Counted from the whole stretch's first letter, positions 1-12,405 are shown. The stretch is DNA of 61,522 nucleotides, filler included, from 7 parts of 7 records of this genome joined end to end with filler, not necessarily neighbours in it, one strand, 5' to 3'. A program made the numbers and translations. Notes: generated by a model from the sequence alone, not told the origin.

Positions 1-537
1 CTGGTGCATAATGCCGTTGCCGGGAGGAATCACATCGACGTTCTCAAAAGCCACTTTGGTCCAGTTAATAAAATGGAAGCGGTCATCGTTACGGCGATCT
101 TCCACCTGGCGGTTTTTTTCGAACGCGTCTTTCTCAAACCCTGCGTGCTCAACGGCCAATGAGTGATCAACAATCAGCTGTGTAGGTACCACAGGATTCA
201 CTTTAGCCGGATCACCGCCCTTCTCAGCGATGGCATCCCTTAGGCCAGCAAGGTCGACTAGCGCGGTCTGCCCCAGGATGTCATGGCATACAACGCGTGC
301 CGGGTACCAAGGAAAATCCAAATCTTGCTTGCGCTCGATGAGCTGTTTCAGTGCATCGGTTAACAGCGCTGGATCGCAGCGGCGTACCAACTGCTCAGCC
401 AACACTCTGGACGTGTAGGGCAGCGTCGCGTAGGCGCCGGGCTTGATATCTTCAACGGCTTGATGCGCGTCGAAGTAATCTACCGGAGCACCCTCTGCCG
501 TCACGCCTGGCAGCGGCTTACGATAATTCGTGTTCAT
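1..537 (-). CDS. acnD: Fe/S-dependent 2-methylisocitrate dehydratase (5' part; runs off the window edge)
   Basis: Manual translation from ATG at 537: MNTNYRKPLPG...DYFDAHQAVEDIKPGAYATLPYTSRVLAEQLVRRCDP, the typical AcnD N-terminus; follows prpC. Not in the ORF track. Confidence 0.92.
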   Translation of the reverse strand, partial: MNTNYRKPLPGVTAEGAPVDYFDAHQAVEDIKPGAYATLPYTSRVLAEQLVRRCDPALLTDALKQLIERKQDLDFPWYPARVVCHDILGQTALVDLAGLRDAIAEKGGDPAKVNPVVPTQLIVDHSLAVEHAGFEKDAFEKNRQVEDRRNDDRFHFINWTKVAFENVDVIPPGNGIMHQ

Positions 538-570
538 AATGCCTCTCACTTAATCACGGCCCGTTAAGGG

Positions 571-1698
571 TTAGTCACGCGCTTCGATGGGCACCCACTC
601 GCTCTTCTCAGGACCAGTGTAGTCGGCGCTGGGGCGAATAATGCGGTTATTGGCGCGCTGCTCAAACACATGCGCTGCCCATCCCGTTAAACGGGACATG
701 ACGAAGATTGGCGTGAACAGTTTGGTCGGAATATCCATGAAGTGGTAAGCACTGGCATGGAAGAAGTCCGCATTGCAGAAAAGCTTCTTCTCGCGCCACA
801 TGACTTCTTCGCAGCGCACAGAAACGGGGTAAAGCACGCTGTCGCCAACGTCTTCAGAAAGTTTCTTCGACCACTCTTTGATAATTTCATTACGCGGGTC
901 AGACTCGCGATAAATGGCATGGCCAAAGCCCATGATTTTCTCTTTGCGCTCAAGCATACCAAGCATTTCACGCTCAGCTTCTTCCGGTGACGCCCAGTTC
1001 TCGATCATCGCCATGGCCGCTTCGTTAGCACCGCCATGTAGCGGGCCACGCAACGAACCAATCGCGCCGGTAACACAGGAGTGCATATCGGAAAGCGTCG
1101 AGGCGCAAACCCGCGCCGTGAACGTTGACGCATTGAACTCATGCTCGGCGTATAGAATCAGCGATACGTTCATAACCCGCGCATGCAGCTCAGAAGCGGG
1201 CTCGCCGCGCAGCATATGCAAGAAGTGACCGCCTACCGAGGCATCGTCAGTTTCAGTATCAATGCGAACGCCGTCATGGCTAAAGCGGTACCAGTAGCAA
1301 ATAATCGAGGGCAGTACCGCTAGCAGTCGATCAGAAACATCCTGCTGCTGGTCAAAGCTCTCTTCTGTCTCAAGATTACCCAGCATGGAGGTACCGGTGC
1401 GCATAACATCCATCGGGTGCGCATCTTTGGGAATTTGCTCCAGTACGGTTTTCAAAGCATCGGGTAAGCCACGCAGCCCCTTCAGCTTGGTAATGTAGCT
1501 ATCAAGCTCGGCTTGATTGGGCAGCTTGCCTTTCAGTAATAAATACGCGACTTCTTCAAACTTCGCCTTCTCGGCCAGCTCTTTGATATCAAAACCACGG
1601 TAGGTTAATCCGGAACCCGTTTTACCCACTGTACACAGCGCTGTAGTACCGGCGCTTTGACCACGGAGTCCTGCGCTGTTTTGCGGTTTGTCAGCCAT
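571..1698 (-). CDS. prpC: 2-methylcitrate synthase
   Basis: GLRGQSAG start, HEFNASTF, GPLHGGANE and GFGH citrate-synthase motifs; prp operon context. Confidence 0.95.
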   Translation of the reverse strand: MADKPQNSAGLRGQSAGTTALCTVGKTGSGLTYRGFDIKELAEKAKFEEVAYLLLKGKLPNQAELDSYITKLKGLRGLPDALKTVLEQIPKDAHPMDVMRTGTSMLGNLETEESFDQQQDVSDRLLAVLPSIICYWYRFSHDGVRIDTETDDASVGGHFLHMLRGEPASELHARVMNVSLILYAEHEFNASTFTARVCASTLSDMHSCVTGAIGSLRGPLHGGANEAAMAMIENWASPEEAEREMLGMLERKEKIMGFGHAIYRESDPRNEIIKEWSKKLSEDVGDSVLYPVSVRCEEVMWREKKLFCNADFFHASAYHFMDIPTKLFTPIFVMSRLTGWAAHVFEQRANNRIIRPSADYTGPEKSEWVPIEARD

Positions 1699-1755
1699 GT
1701 CGTGTCTCCTGTTAGCTCTTTTTATATGTTTTAGTATTGATAATGTTAACGGCTA

Positions 1756-2652
1756 TTAAGCGTCTTTCTGCTCAGCAAATAGCGCGTCGAGCTTTTGCTC
1801 GAAATCGTGATAATTTAAAAAGTCGTACAGCTCATCGCGAGTCTGCATGGTATCGACCACCTCTTTTTGATGACCGTTATCTAAAATGCTCTGGTACACC
1901 TTTAATGCGGCAGCATTCATAGCGCGGAAGGCAGACAGCGGATAGAGCACCATGCGACAGCCCACCTCGCCCAGCTCCTGCTGAGAGAACAGCGGAGTTG
2001 CGCCAAACTCAGTGATGTTGGCCAGTATTGGCGCATTCACGCGCGAACAGAACGCACGATAATCATCCAGGGTGTGCACGGCTTCGGCGAAGATTGCATC
2101 CGCACCCGCCTCCACACAGGCATTAGCACGCTCGATAGCGGCGTCTAAGCCCTCTTTCTGGAACGCATCGGTACGCGCAATCAGATAGAAATCGGGATCA
2201 AGCTTGGCATCTGCCGCGGCTTTGATGCGGTCAACCATTTCCTGCTGGGACACAATGGCTTTATTCGGGCGGTGGCCGCAGCGCTTTTGAGCCACTTGGT
2301 CTTCCAGATGAACCGCAGCAACGCCTGCGCGCTGCATCTCTTTAACGGTACGCGAAATATTAAAAGCACCGCCCCAGCCCGTATCGATATCTACCAGCAG
2401 CGGAAGATCGGTAGCGCCGCAGATACGATGTGCATCTTCCACCACGTCGTTCATGCTGGTCATACCCAAGTCCGGCAAGCCAAAAGACGCGTTAGCCACG
2501 CCGCCACCCGACAGATAAATCGCTTGGTGGCCTACTCGCTCGGCCATCATCGCGGTATACGCGTTAATCGTGCCTAGAATCGGTAGAGGGCGGTTCGCGT
2601 CTAGCGCAGCACGAAAGCGAGCACCTGGCGTGAGAGTAGATGAAGTGGACAT
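1756..2652 (-). CDS. prpB: 2-methylisocitrate lyase
   Basis: KRCGHRPNK active-site motif, DIDTGWG; start moved to MSTSST after the AAAGGAG RBS (2658 is an alternative). Confidence 0.95.
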   Translation of the reverse strand: MSTSSTLTPGARFRAALDANRPLPILGTINAYTAMMAERVGHQAIYLSGGGVANASFGLPDLGMTSMNDVVEDAHRICGATDLPLLVDIDTGWGGAFNISRTVKEMQRAGVAAVHLEDQVAQKRCGHRPNKAIVSQQEMVDRIKAAADAKLDPDFYLIARTDAFQKEGLDAAIERANACVEAGADAIFAEAVHTLDDYRAFCSRVNAPILANITEFGATPLFSQQELGEVGCRMVLYPLSAFRAMNAAALKVYQSILDNGHQKEVVDTMQTRDELYDFLNYHDFEQKLDALFAEQKDA

Positions 2653-2695
2653 TGGCATTGCTCCTTTAAAAGGCTTGGCGGATAGGCGTAACGAA

Positions 2696-3439
2696 CTAAT
2701 CCGCTGATGACGTTGATTGTTGTTCAAGAACAGCAGCGTAACGGTCGGCGACGTTGGCTCGGGAAGCGCTAACGTGGCGGCGCATCAGCAACTCCGCTAG
2801 CTCGGCATCTCCGGCTTCAATGGCATCTACAATACGATGGTGCTCGACAAAGGCGAGCTGGGGCCGCTTACCGCTGGCGCTGAACTGGGTACGGTAAAGA
2901 CGCACTAAGTAGTAGAGATCATCGCAAAGCAGGTTCATCAGCATTTTGTTATGGCTGCCTTGAACAATGCGATAGTGGAAGTCGAGATCGCCTTCGCGCT
3001 GATAGTAAGCTTCGCCACGCTTGAGATCTGCCTGGCCTTCGTGAAGGGCCAACACCTCACGCAGCCCTTTAATCTCCTCGGCAGACATATGCTCAGCAGC
3101 CAAGCGGGCTGCCATGCTCTCAAGCGCTTCGCGCACATCAAACAGCTCAAGCAGCTCTTTCATAGAGAGCTTGACAACGCGAGCGCCAACGTGAGGAACA
3201 CGCTCAATTAAACGGTGCGCTTCTAAACGCCGCATGGCTTCGCGCAGCGGACCGCGAGAGATACCGTACGTTTTAGAAAGCCCCGGCTCGGTAATTTTGC
3301 TGCCCGGCGCCAGCTCTCCACGTACGATAGCGTCTTGAAGCTGGTGAAAGACCCGCTCAGCCAGCGTTCGGACTTCTGGTGAGGTCTGATCACTGGGCGA
3401 ATCAGCTTTAGAACGAGAAAGAGTAGCAAGTGATGTCAT
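2696..3439 (-). CDS. GntR/FCD-family regulator of the prp operon (PrpR-type)
   Basis: GntR wHTH ([11 protein letters not shown]) plus FCD domain (DLDFH, EHHRI); first gene of the operon; start set at MTSLAT. Confidence 0.9.
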   Translation of the reverse strand: MTSLATLSRSKADSPSDQTSPEVRTLAERVFHQLQDAIVRGELAPGSKITEPGLSKTYGISRGPLREAMRRLEAHRLIERVPHVGARVVKLSMKELLELFDVREALESMAARLAAEHMSAEEIKGLREVLALHEGQADLKRGEAYYQREGDLDFHYRIVQGSHNKMLMNLLCDDLYYLVRLYRTQFSASGKRPQLAFVEHHRIVDAIEAGDAELAELLMRRHVSASRANVADRYAAVLEQQSTSSAD

Positions 3440-3442
3440 GGC

Positions 3443-3458
3443 TAATTGTCGACAATTA
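3443..3458. promoter_or_regulatory. GntR/PrpR operator palindrome TAATTGTCGACAATTA (weaker copy AATGTCAACAAT at 3560-3571)
   Basis: Perfect 16-bp palindrome just upstream of the regulator start; matches the ATTGTCGACAAT motif of gammaproteobacterial GntR-type PrpR. Confidence 0.75.
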
Positions 3459-3691
3459 TGAGATAGGAGAACTTTAGCCCGCCACATTTGTGCCGTCAAC
3501 TAGTCAAAATGGTCGATTTTATTCACCTTTCGTGTAACCCAGCCATTTATTCTTGGGTTAATGTCAACAATCATGCTCTTTCCGTTAACCGTGTTTAACC
3601 TACCGTGAGAAAGGCGTCAGTGGTTAACACTGGTGTCATCTATTAACGACCTCTAGAATGCGATGCCCTCCATCGGCCTGGCGTTTGCTCC

Positions 3692-5050
3692 ATGACATCG
3701 GCGTTGACCATTAAAGCCCTGCCCTACTCTCCTACTCCCCTGGAGATCTTTGCTCACCTGCGAAAGCGTCATGGTGCGGTATTACTTGATAGCGGCCGCC
3801 CATCAGCAAACGGGCGCTACGACATTATCAGCAGTGATCCGTTAGCCACGCTAGAAGTCATGCCTGATGGACAAACTAACTTCACTTCAACGCAGCTGGA
3901 CCTTCCCTCGGCACTCGCTGGAGATATGACCGCCCAGCAGCAATGGATGCTTGAACAGCTACCCAGCACAGATTTCCCCAGCGAGCTGCCTTTTTTAGGC
4001 GGCCTGATGGGTTATTGGAGTTATGACCTAGGACGTAATAACCTCGCGATTTCCAGCCGCCACCCCAATGTTACTAATCTGCCATTGGCACGTTTGGGGC
4101 TTTACGACTGGTGCATTACCTTTGATCACGAAAAGCAGGCAACATGGCTCATTGCAACAGCAACTCGCCAACAGCAGGTCATGAAATGGCTAGCTCAGCC
4201 ACCTGCCAGTGTTGCTAAAGACTTTCACTTAACCAGCCCCTTTCATGGCGAGCTAAGCCAAGCGGATTACACCGAACGTTTTAACACTGTTCAGCACTAC
4301 ATTCGCGCAGGCGACTGCTATCAAATTAACCTTGCTCAGCGGTTTACAGCGAGCTATGAAGGCGATGAATGGCAGGCTTATCTACGCCTTCGCAAGGCAA
4401 CGCCAACGCCCTTCTCAGGCTTTATGGCATGGAAAAACCAGGCGGTACTCTCGCTTTCCCCCGAACGCTTTATCCAGTGTAAAGACGGGCGAGTGGAAAC
4501 GCGCCCAATCAAAGGCACGCGACCACGTGGTAAGTCGCCGGAGGAGGATATCACCCTAGCGGAACAGCTATTAAGCAGCACGAAAGACCGCGCGGAAAAT
4601 GTCATGATTGTTGACTTGCTGCGCAATGACTTGGGACGCGTATGCGCTCCTGGGTCTATTCGTGTACCGCAGCTATGTCAGTTAGAGAGCTACCCCAACG
4701 TGCATCACCTGGTAAGCGTGGTTCAAGGTCAGCTCGCCAAACATCGCTCACCGCTATCTCTGCTGGCAGCAGCGTTTCCTGGCGGCTCTATTACTGGCGC
4801 GCCTAAAATACGCGCCATGCAAATTATCGACGAGTTGGAGCCTTGCCAACGCAGTGTCTATTGCGGAAGCCTGGGGTACATCGATAAACGGGGCAGTATG
4901 GACACATCAATTGCGATACGCACCATGGTGGCAGATGCAGGCAAGCTACATGTTTGGGGCGGCGGAGGATTAGTCGCCGACTCTAGAGCAGACGAGGAGT
5001 ACACAGAAACGCTGGATAAAATCCGCCATCTAATCGGTGCTTTGGAATAA
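3692..5050 (+). CDS. pabB: Aminodeoxychorismate synthase component I
   Basis: Chorismate-binding motifs SPERF, PIKGT, AENVMIVDLLRNDLG, FPGGSITGAPK. Confidence 0.92.
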   Translation: MTSALTIKALPYSPTPLEIFAHLRKRHGAVLLDSGRPSANGRYDIISSDPLATLEVMPDGQTNFTSTQLDLPSALAGDMTAQQQWMLEQLPSTDFPSELPFLGGLMGYWSYDLGRNNLAISSRHPNVTNLPLARLGLYDWCITFDHEKQATWLIATATRQQQVMKWLAQPPASVAKDFHLTSPFHGELSQADYTERFNTVQHYIRAGDCYQINLAQRFTASYEGDEWQAYLRLRKATPTPFSGFMAWKNQAVLSLSPERFIQCKDGRVETRPIKGTRPRGKSPEEDITLAEQLLSSTKDRAENVMIVDLLRNDLGRVCAPGSIRVPQLCQLESYPNVHHLVSVVQGQLAKHRSPLSLLAAAFPGGSITGAPKIRAMQIIDELEPCQRSVYCGSLGYIDKRGSMDTSIAIRTMVADAGKLHVWGGGGLVADSRADEEYTETLDKIRHLIGALE

Positions 5051-5150
5051 ATAACAAAATTCTTAAATCAAAAAGGAATATAAAAGCCAAACCAAACGGT
5101 ATTGGGGCTAAGCCCCCTCTCTTTGATAGCCTAGTGTCATACTCGACCTT

Positions 5151-5786
5151 ATGACAGGAGGCAGCATGTCTTCAGCGCTTGACAGCATTAACCTTGATTT
5201 TGCCAATAATCCCCAAGACCTTATCAAGTGGGCGCTTAGCCAAGGCGAGCGTCCTATTTGCACGACCAATTTCCGGCCGTTTGAGGCGGTGATTCTGCAT
5301 ATGGTCACTCAGGCACGTCCAGACATCCCCATCGTATGGATGGATAGTGGCTATAACACTGAGGCCACTTACCAATTCGCCGATGCCTTAATCCAGCGGC
5401 TGAACCTAAACATGGTCAGCTTTATTCCGCAGCGAACCCGTGCTCACCGTGAAGCGCTAGAGGGGGCAATGCCCAGCATTGACGACCCACGTCACGCAGC
5501 CTTCACTCAAGAAGTAAAGATTGAGCCGTTTGAGCGTGCCTTGCGGGAAATGCAGCCGGATGTCTGGTTCACCGCCCTGCGGGCAGAGGACACCCCAGAG
5601 CGGGCTAAAATGCAGCCTGCCAGCCGTAACAGCGATGGCTTATTAAAAATTGCCCCGCTGCTGCAGTGGACTGCAAAAGATATGTACTACTATCTTGAGG
5701 CACACGACCTGCCCAACAACTTTGACTACTTCGACCCCACCAAGGTAGAAGACAAACGTGAGTGTGGCCTGCACTTACAGCACTGA
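5151..5786 (+). CDS. cysH: PAPS/APS reductase family protein
   Basis: C-terminal ECGLH motif, WMDSGY; convergent with cysB. Confidence 0.8.
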   Translation: MTGGSMSSALDSINLDFANNPQDLIKWALSQGERPICTTNFRPFEAVILHMVTQARPDIPIVWMDSGYNTEATYQFADALIQRLNLNMVSFIPQRTRAHREALEGAMPSIDDPRHAAFTQEVKIEPFERALREMQPDVWFTALRAEDTPERAKMQPASRNSDGLLKIAPLLQWTAKDMYYYLEAHDLPNNFDYFDPTKVEDKRECGLHLQH

Positions 5787-5855
5787 TTAGGCAGAGAACG
5801 GTGAATAGCGCCCAGACACCCACGTCAAGCGCTATTCACCCACTACCCGATGCTC

Positions 5856-6839
<984 letters not shown>

Positions 6840-7188
6840 TTATTATCTATGCAGGAAGCACGTTGAAGCGCATCCTCGCGCCGCTGCTAACTTGCACCAC
6901 CCGCGAAGCACTCAAAGGTGCAATACGTGGGGGCGACACGCCTCATACATACAATTTTGAATAAAAAATCATCTTATAATTCACTTATAGTATAAAAAAT
7001 AGCCGTCACGAACACCCCTTAATTTTTCATAATGGCTGTCGAAACGTCATAGGAAATTTGCCAGCACCTTCTGCGCCCGCTAACATCTGCCAACTTGGCG
7101 CGGTGAAAGTGCGCTAGTAAAACGCGTAATGACCGTTGCTCCATTTGAGGCAACGAAACAGCAAGAGCAACGCAAACGGGAGAAACAG

Positions 7189-7512
7189 ATGGCTAACAAT
7201 GTTGATGTCACCAACGCCAATTTTGAGCAAGAAGTCCTCAACGCCGAACAGCCAGTCCTACTGAAGTTTTGGGCCCCCTGGTGCGGTCCCTGTAAAGTAA
7301 TGGCACCTGTGGTTGATGAAGTTGCTGCCGAACGTGGTGATAATCTGAAAGTGGTTAGCGTGAACGTTGACGATGCGCCTGAAATCGCTGCAGAACAAGG
7401 CGTGCGCGGCGTTCCGACAGTGATGCTATTTAAGTCCGGTACGAAAGTGGCGTCGCTGGTAGGTGCACAGTCTAAGTCCCAGCTGACCCAATTTATCGAT
7501 CAAAATGCCTAA
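7189..7512 (+). CDS. trxA: Thioredoxin
   Basis: WCGPC motif; start at MANNV after GGGAG RBS. Confidence 0.9.
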   Translation: MANNVDVTNANFEQEVLNAEQPVLLKFWAPWCGPCKVMAPVVDEVAAERGDNLKVVSVNVDDAPEIAAEQGVRGVPTVMLFKSGTKVASLVGAQSKSQLTQFIDQNA

Positions 7513-7523
7513 CTCGCGCTAAC

Positions 7524-7550
7524 GTTACCGCTGGCACTGCCAGCGGTAAC
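7524..7550. terminator. Hairpin between convergent genes (probable terminator)
   Basis: GTTACCGCTGGCA-C-TGCCAGCGGTAAC inverted repeat. Confidence 0.7.
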
Positions 7551-7581
7551 TTCCTGCACTTCCCATCTCAAACGCTTCCTT

Positions 7582-8679
7582 CTATTCTCGACGCTTCCAA
7601 GGTGGACGGCGTGCATCGCCAAGACGCGTTCGACGCTGCCCTCCCGGCCCCAGTAAATGAGCAATCCAGCGAGTCTGAGGATGGCTATCCAAGGCGATTT
7701 TTAATGTCATCGTCAATACGACCGACAACAACATCCCCGCAGCACCAAAGATCCACCCCCACACAACCAACGAAAGAAACGCCACAAATGTTGATAGCCC
7801 CAAGGCTTGCCCCATCACTCGCGGCTCAACCAAGTTACCCAAAACGAAATTAATCACCAAATAGGCAGATGCGAGTAACAGCGCCTGCAATACTCCGCCA
7901 TCTTGGGATACCAGCAATAGCAGTACGGGAGGAATCGCCGCCAAGGCCGAGCCGATATTAGGAATAAAGTTGAGGGCAAAAGCCAACACCCCCCACAGCA
8001 ACGGAAACTCCACTCCCACTATCAAGCAAGAGAGCCATACCAGTGCCCCGGTGGCCAAGCTAATAACGGTCTTCACTGCCAGGTAGCGCTTCAGCGTTAA
8101 ACTAAACTCGCTAAACCGCTTTAGGCTTGGCGCTGGGTTCTCAAGAGCGCGGGACACTTTATCTCGGAAGTTAAGCGTTTCAAACAGCATGAAAATAACT
8201 AACAGCCCGATAATACTGCCTTGCATAAAGAGATTGCCAAGTTCGCCTAGCAACGTTGTCACCCACGACCCATCGTCTTCCATAGCAAGCATATTGCTGA
8301 GCTGATCAGGATTAATGGCTAGCCCACGGTTAGAGAGCGCGTTCAACAAATCCCAATAATGCTCATACAAACGCGACTCGATATCCGGCAGCACCTGAAC
8401 AAAGGTGCTAAAGCTGTTGACCACCAGCAAGCCAATTAAGGAAATAAAACCCAGCAGCACCATCAATGTTAAAAAAGCAGAGGCTCCCCTGCTGAGGCCA
8501 CAGCGGTGCAGCCACTGCACAGGCGACGTACATACAACAGCAATAAAGACTGACAGTAACAGAGGAACCAGAAGATCCGCCCCAGCCTTCATACCCGCCA
8601 CAATAACAACGAGTGCGGCAAGCGCCAGGGTCGCATTTAAAGGGATACTACGATAATCCTCATCCGATAATTTCGACAT
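7582..8679 (-). CDS. AI-2E family transporter
   Basis: Multi-TM protein with LNFIPNIGS and GNLVEPRVMG motifs. Confidence 0.88.
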   Translation of the reverse strand: MSKLSDEDYRSIPLNATLALAALVVIVAGMKAGADLLVPLLLSVFIAVVCTSPVQWLHRCGLSRGASAFLTLMVLLGFISLIGLLVVNSFSTFVQVLPDIESRLYEHYWDLLNALSNRGLAINPDQLSNMLAMEDDGSWVTTLLGELGNLFMQGSIIGLLVIFMLFETLNFRDKVSRALENPAPSLKRFSEFSLTLKRYLAVKTVISLATGALVWLSCLIVGVEFPLLWGVLAFALNFIPNIGSALAAIPPVLLLLVSQDGGVLQALLLASAYLVINFVLGNLVEPRVMGQALGLSTFVAFLSLVVWGWIFGAAGMLLSVVLTMTLKIALDSHPQTRWIAHLLGPGGQRRTRLGDARRPPWKRRE

Positions 8680-8871
8680 TGCCCTTTCCTTAGCGTGTTA
8701 TCCACATATCATGGCCGCTCGCGCAATATTGCACAAACCATGACAACATTAAGCAATTGCTTTGCATCGACTCTTAGCCAGTGAACTTTATTGCGCTTTG
8801 CCCTTCCAAGCAGCGTCACAGTATAAATTAGTTAACATTAATCATTGGCTCGATCAGTAAGGAAGTGACCT

Positions 8872-9671
8872 ATGAATCCAGCAACACCACATCTAAAACG
8901 CTTGCGCTACGGCGTGCTTGGCAGCGCACTTCTCGCCCTCCTGGCAACGTCTACGGCTCACGCTGCGCCCCCCACCCCGCCCAGCTTACATGTTCAAGCC
9001 CAATCATGGGTGGAAGTAGAGCCCGACAAAGCCACACTGTCTGCACGGCTGTGGGAAAACACCCCAGCGGTTTCCACCCTGGAAGATACCGACAGTGGCG
9101 AGCTGAGCGACGCACGCGCGCGGCTTGAAAATCGTGCCAGTGAGCTAATTAAAGCCATGGAAGAGATCGGCATTGAGCAACGCGCCATCAATGCAGGGTC
9201 ACTCAATGTCTATCCTGAGCACGTCGCAGGGCCGCGCAACGATGATGGTGAACAAGAAACGTTAATGCGCACCCGCTTAGAGCGCCCCTTCAATATTGAG
9301 CTTACCGATATAGATCAATTGGGCGAGGTGTTTGACGCAATGATAAGTGCTGGCGTGAACACGCTGGACGGCGTTCAGTTTGATCTTCAAGACCGCGACG
9401 CCGCTACCGATGAAGCACTTACTAAAGCGCTAGAAAAAGCCCGCCATAAAGCGGACTTAATGGCCAGTACCCTAGGCGTAAGGCTTGGCCAAGTACAGCG
9501 CATTGAAGAAGCCCAAACGCCCATCTTCCAGCCCCGCATGATGGCCATGCGCGCTGAGAGCGATGCCATGGGCAGTGGTTCCGCTAGCGACTATCGCCCC
9601 GGCACCATTCGTATCGATGCCGAGGTCAACGTCGAGTGGGCAATTAGAGGGCAAGACGCTCAAGGCCGCCC
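8872..9671 (+). CDS. SIMPL (DUF541/YggE-like) periplasmic protein, 3' end truncated by linker
   Basis: Signal peptide, VEPDKATL, ARHKADLMASTLGVRLG. Confidence 0.85.
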
Positions 9672-9771
9672 NNNNNNNNNNNNNNNNNNNNNNNNNNNNN
9701 NNNNNNNNNNNNNNNTTAATTAATTAANNNNNNNNNNNNNNNNNNNNNNNNNNNNNNNNNNNNNNNNNNNN
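9672..9771. other. Artificial contig linker
   Basis: N44-TTAATTAATTAA-N44 (stops in all six frames); ORFs truncated on both sides. Confidence 0.99.
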
Positions 9772-10951
9772 CCTGTTCCACATGCAGGAAGAGGCCCCGG
9801 GGCAGATTTTCTGGCATCCCAATGGCTGGACCATTTACACACAGCTTCAGGATTACATGCGCCGCAAACAGCGGGCCGACGGCTATCGTGAGATCAACAC
9901 ACCGCAGGTTGTGGATCGCAAGCTGTGGGAAGCGTCAGGTCACTGGGACAAATACCAAGAGCACATGTTCATCGTCGAAGTCGAAGAAGAACATGCCAAG
10001 GAAAAGGCGATCAATGCACTCAAGCCGATGAACTGTCCCTGCCACGTGCAGGTGTTCAATCAAGGCTTGAAATCTTATCGTGACCTGCCCCTTCGCCTCG
10101 CCGAATTCGGCTCGTGCTCGCGGTATGAACCTTCAGGGGCGCTGCACGGAATCATGCGGGTACGCGGGTTCACGCAGGACGATGCCCATATCTTCTGCAC
10201 CGAGGATCAGATCGAAGCGGAATGCGCAAAGTTCATCAACTTCCTCGCCAGTGTCTACAAAGACCTCGGCTTTGAACAGTTCGAGATCAAGTTCGCCACC
10301 CGTCCGGAAAAACGCGTCGGCAGCGACGAAAGCTGGGATCATGTAGAAGGCGCGCTGGAAGCTGCGATCAAGGCGACCGGACGTGACTTCACGCTGGAAC
10401 CCGGCGATGGTGCGTTTTACGGACCAAAGTTGGATTTCTATTTGACCGACGCAATCGGTCGTGTCTGGCAGTGTGGCACATTCCAGGTCGACCCGAACCT
10501 GCCGGAACGGTTGGGGGCGACGTATATCTCGGCTGATGGCAGCAAGCAGCGCCCCTATATGTTGCACCGGGCCTGCCTTGGTTCGTTCGAACGGTTCGTC
10601 GGAATCATGATCGAAGAACACGCAGGTAAACTGCCCTTTTGGCTGGCCCCGCGTCAGGTCGTCGTCGCCTCGATCACGTCCGAGGCGGACGACTATGTGA
10701 TGGAAGTCGTTGAAACGCTCAAAGCCGCCGGTGTCCGGGCCGAAGCTGATATTCGCAACGAGAAAATCAACTACAAAGTCCGCGAGCATTCGGTTGGCAA
10801 AGTCCCGATCATACTGGCCGTCGGTCACCGCGAAGTTGATGAGCGCACCGTCAGTGTCCGTCGTCTTGGCGAAAAACAGACGCAGGTTCAGCCGCTTGAA
10901 TCTGTAACAAAAGAACTGGGTCAGGCCGCAACACCGCCGGATCTGCTGTAA
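9772..10951 (+). CDS. thrS: Threonyl-tRNA synthetase (5' truncated)
   Basis: [41 protein letters not shown]. Confidence 0.97.
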
Positions 10952-10973
10952 CATTCAGCAGCAAATTGCCCGA

Positions 10974-11001
10974 AATCCGACCCCTTTTCTGGGGTCGGAT
11001 T
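10974..11001 (+). terminator. Probable terminator hairpin after thrS
   Basis: AATCCGACCCC-TTTTCT-GGGGTCGGATT inverted repeat. Confidence 0.65.
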
Positions 11002-11173
11002 GAAACAAATAGCATTTTTCATTTCAAAAACAGTTTGTTAACCTACAAGAGTGCATGACGGTCTTTGACGGGGTTGTGAGACACGGGCTCGTGAATTCAA
11101 CTCTGACCATCAAGCTACTACCTTTGTCATTGTCACAAGCAGACACACTAAGTCAGCAGAAGGAAAATTCGAG

Positions 11174-11476
11174 ATGTCGAACACCGCAAAAACACTGGTT
11201 ATCGCAAGCGCAGTTGCTGCAGCCGTTTCCGGCGCTGCCACAACCGCGACCGCCCAAGCCAAAGAGAAATGCTATGGCGTTTCGCTGGCAGGTCAGAATG
11301 ATTGTGCAGCTGGCCCTGGCACCACGTGTGCAGGCACTTCGACCGTCGATTATCAAGGCAACGCATGGACCTTGGTAGACGCAGGAACCTGTGCCGATAT
11401 CGAACTGCCCAAATCGGCAGACGGTGCAGCGCGCGAAGGTTCGCTTGAGCCGTTGGAGCGTGACCTGCCTGCATAA
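11174..11476 (+). CDS. DUF2282 bufferin-type (BufA1) RiPP precursor with signal peptide
   Basis: Signal peptide then [14 protein letters not shown]...TCAGTS...GNAW...GTC with four Cys; directly upstream of DUF692. Confidence 0.9.
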   Translation: MSNTAKTLVIASAVAAAVSGAATTATAQAKEKCYGVSLAGQNDCAAGPGTTCAGTSTVDYQGNAWTLVDAGTCADIELPKSADGAAREGSLEPLERDLPA

Positions 11477-11494
11477 GACTGCCCGAATGAACCG

Positions 11495-11524
11495 GAAAGG
11501 GCGGGCACCATCGCCCGCCCTTTC
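11495..11524 (+). terminator. Intra-operon hairpin after the precursor gene
   Basis: GAAAGGGCGGGC-ACCATC-GCCCGCCCTTTC. Confidence 0.7.
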
Positions 11525-11547
11525 TGTCGTGATCAGGGGATTTGCAC

Positions 11548-12405
11548 ATGTTGGATAATGCTCTCAGATCGAACCGGCTGCCTGCCGCACCGGGCGTCGG
11601 ATATAAGCCGCAGCATTTCTCGCAGATCCTTGAGCATGCAAAGCCCGTGGCCTGGCTGGAGATTCATGCTGAAAACTACATGGGTGATGGCGGCCGCCCT
11701 CTGGCGCAGCTACGCCACCTATCCGAACAGTTTCCCATATCCGTTCACGGTGTCGGGCTTTCCATTGGTGGCGAAACACCGCTGGACCCCGAACATCTGG
11801 CCCGCTTGAAACATCTGGTTAGCTGGCTGAAACCAGCCAGCTTTTCTGAACATCTGGCATGGTCTACTCACGACAGTCATTTTCTTAATGATCTTCTGCC
11901 CCTGCCCTACACCGACGCCACCCTGGCGCGCGTGTGCGAACATATCGATCAGGTGCAAGAAATGGTCGGGCAGCAAATGCTGTTAGAAAATCCCTCCAGC
12001 TATCTGGCGTTCGAGGAAAGCACATGGTCCGAACCTGATTTCCTGCGTGAAATAGCACGCCGTACCGGCTGTGGGCTGCTGTTGGATGTAAACAACGTCT
12101 TTGTCTCTGCCACCAATCTGGATTTCTCACCACAGGGCTACATCGATGCCTACCCGCTGGAGCACGTGGCTGAGGTTCACTTGGGCGGTCATGACGAAGA
12201 CGAGGACGAGCATGGCCATCCCCTGCTGATCGACAGCCACGGGCGCGAGGTGGTTGATCCCGTCTGGGCCTTGCTGGACTACGTTCTGGACAAGTCGGGC
12301 CCCAAGCCGGTGTTGATCGAATGGGATACCGATGTGCCGGACTGGCCGATCTTGCGGGCCGAAGCCGAACGTGCCCAATCCGCATTGGACAAGATCCCCG
12401 CATGA
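11548..12405 (+). CDS. DUF692 multinuclear non-heme iron oxidase (MNIO, BufB-type)
   Basis: EIHAENYM, HGVGLSIG, SEHLAW, LLENPSSY, LLDVNNVFV, EVHLGGH, IDSH, LIEWD motifs. Confidence 0.93.
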   Translation: MLDNALRSNRLPAAPGVGYKPQHFSQILEHAKPVAWLEIHAENYMGDGGRPLAQLRHLSEQFPISVHGVGLSIGGETPLDPEHLARLKHLVSWLKPASFSEHLAWSTHDSHFLNDLLPLPYTDATLARVCEHIDQVQEMVGQQMLLENPSSYLAFEESTWSEPDFLREIARRTGCGLLLDVNNVFVSATNLDFSPQGYIDAYPLEHVAEVHLGGHDEDEDEHGHPLLIDSHGREVVDPVWALLDYVLDKSGPKPVLIEWDTDVPDWPILRAEAERAQSALDKIPA

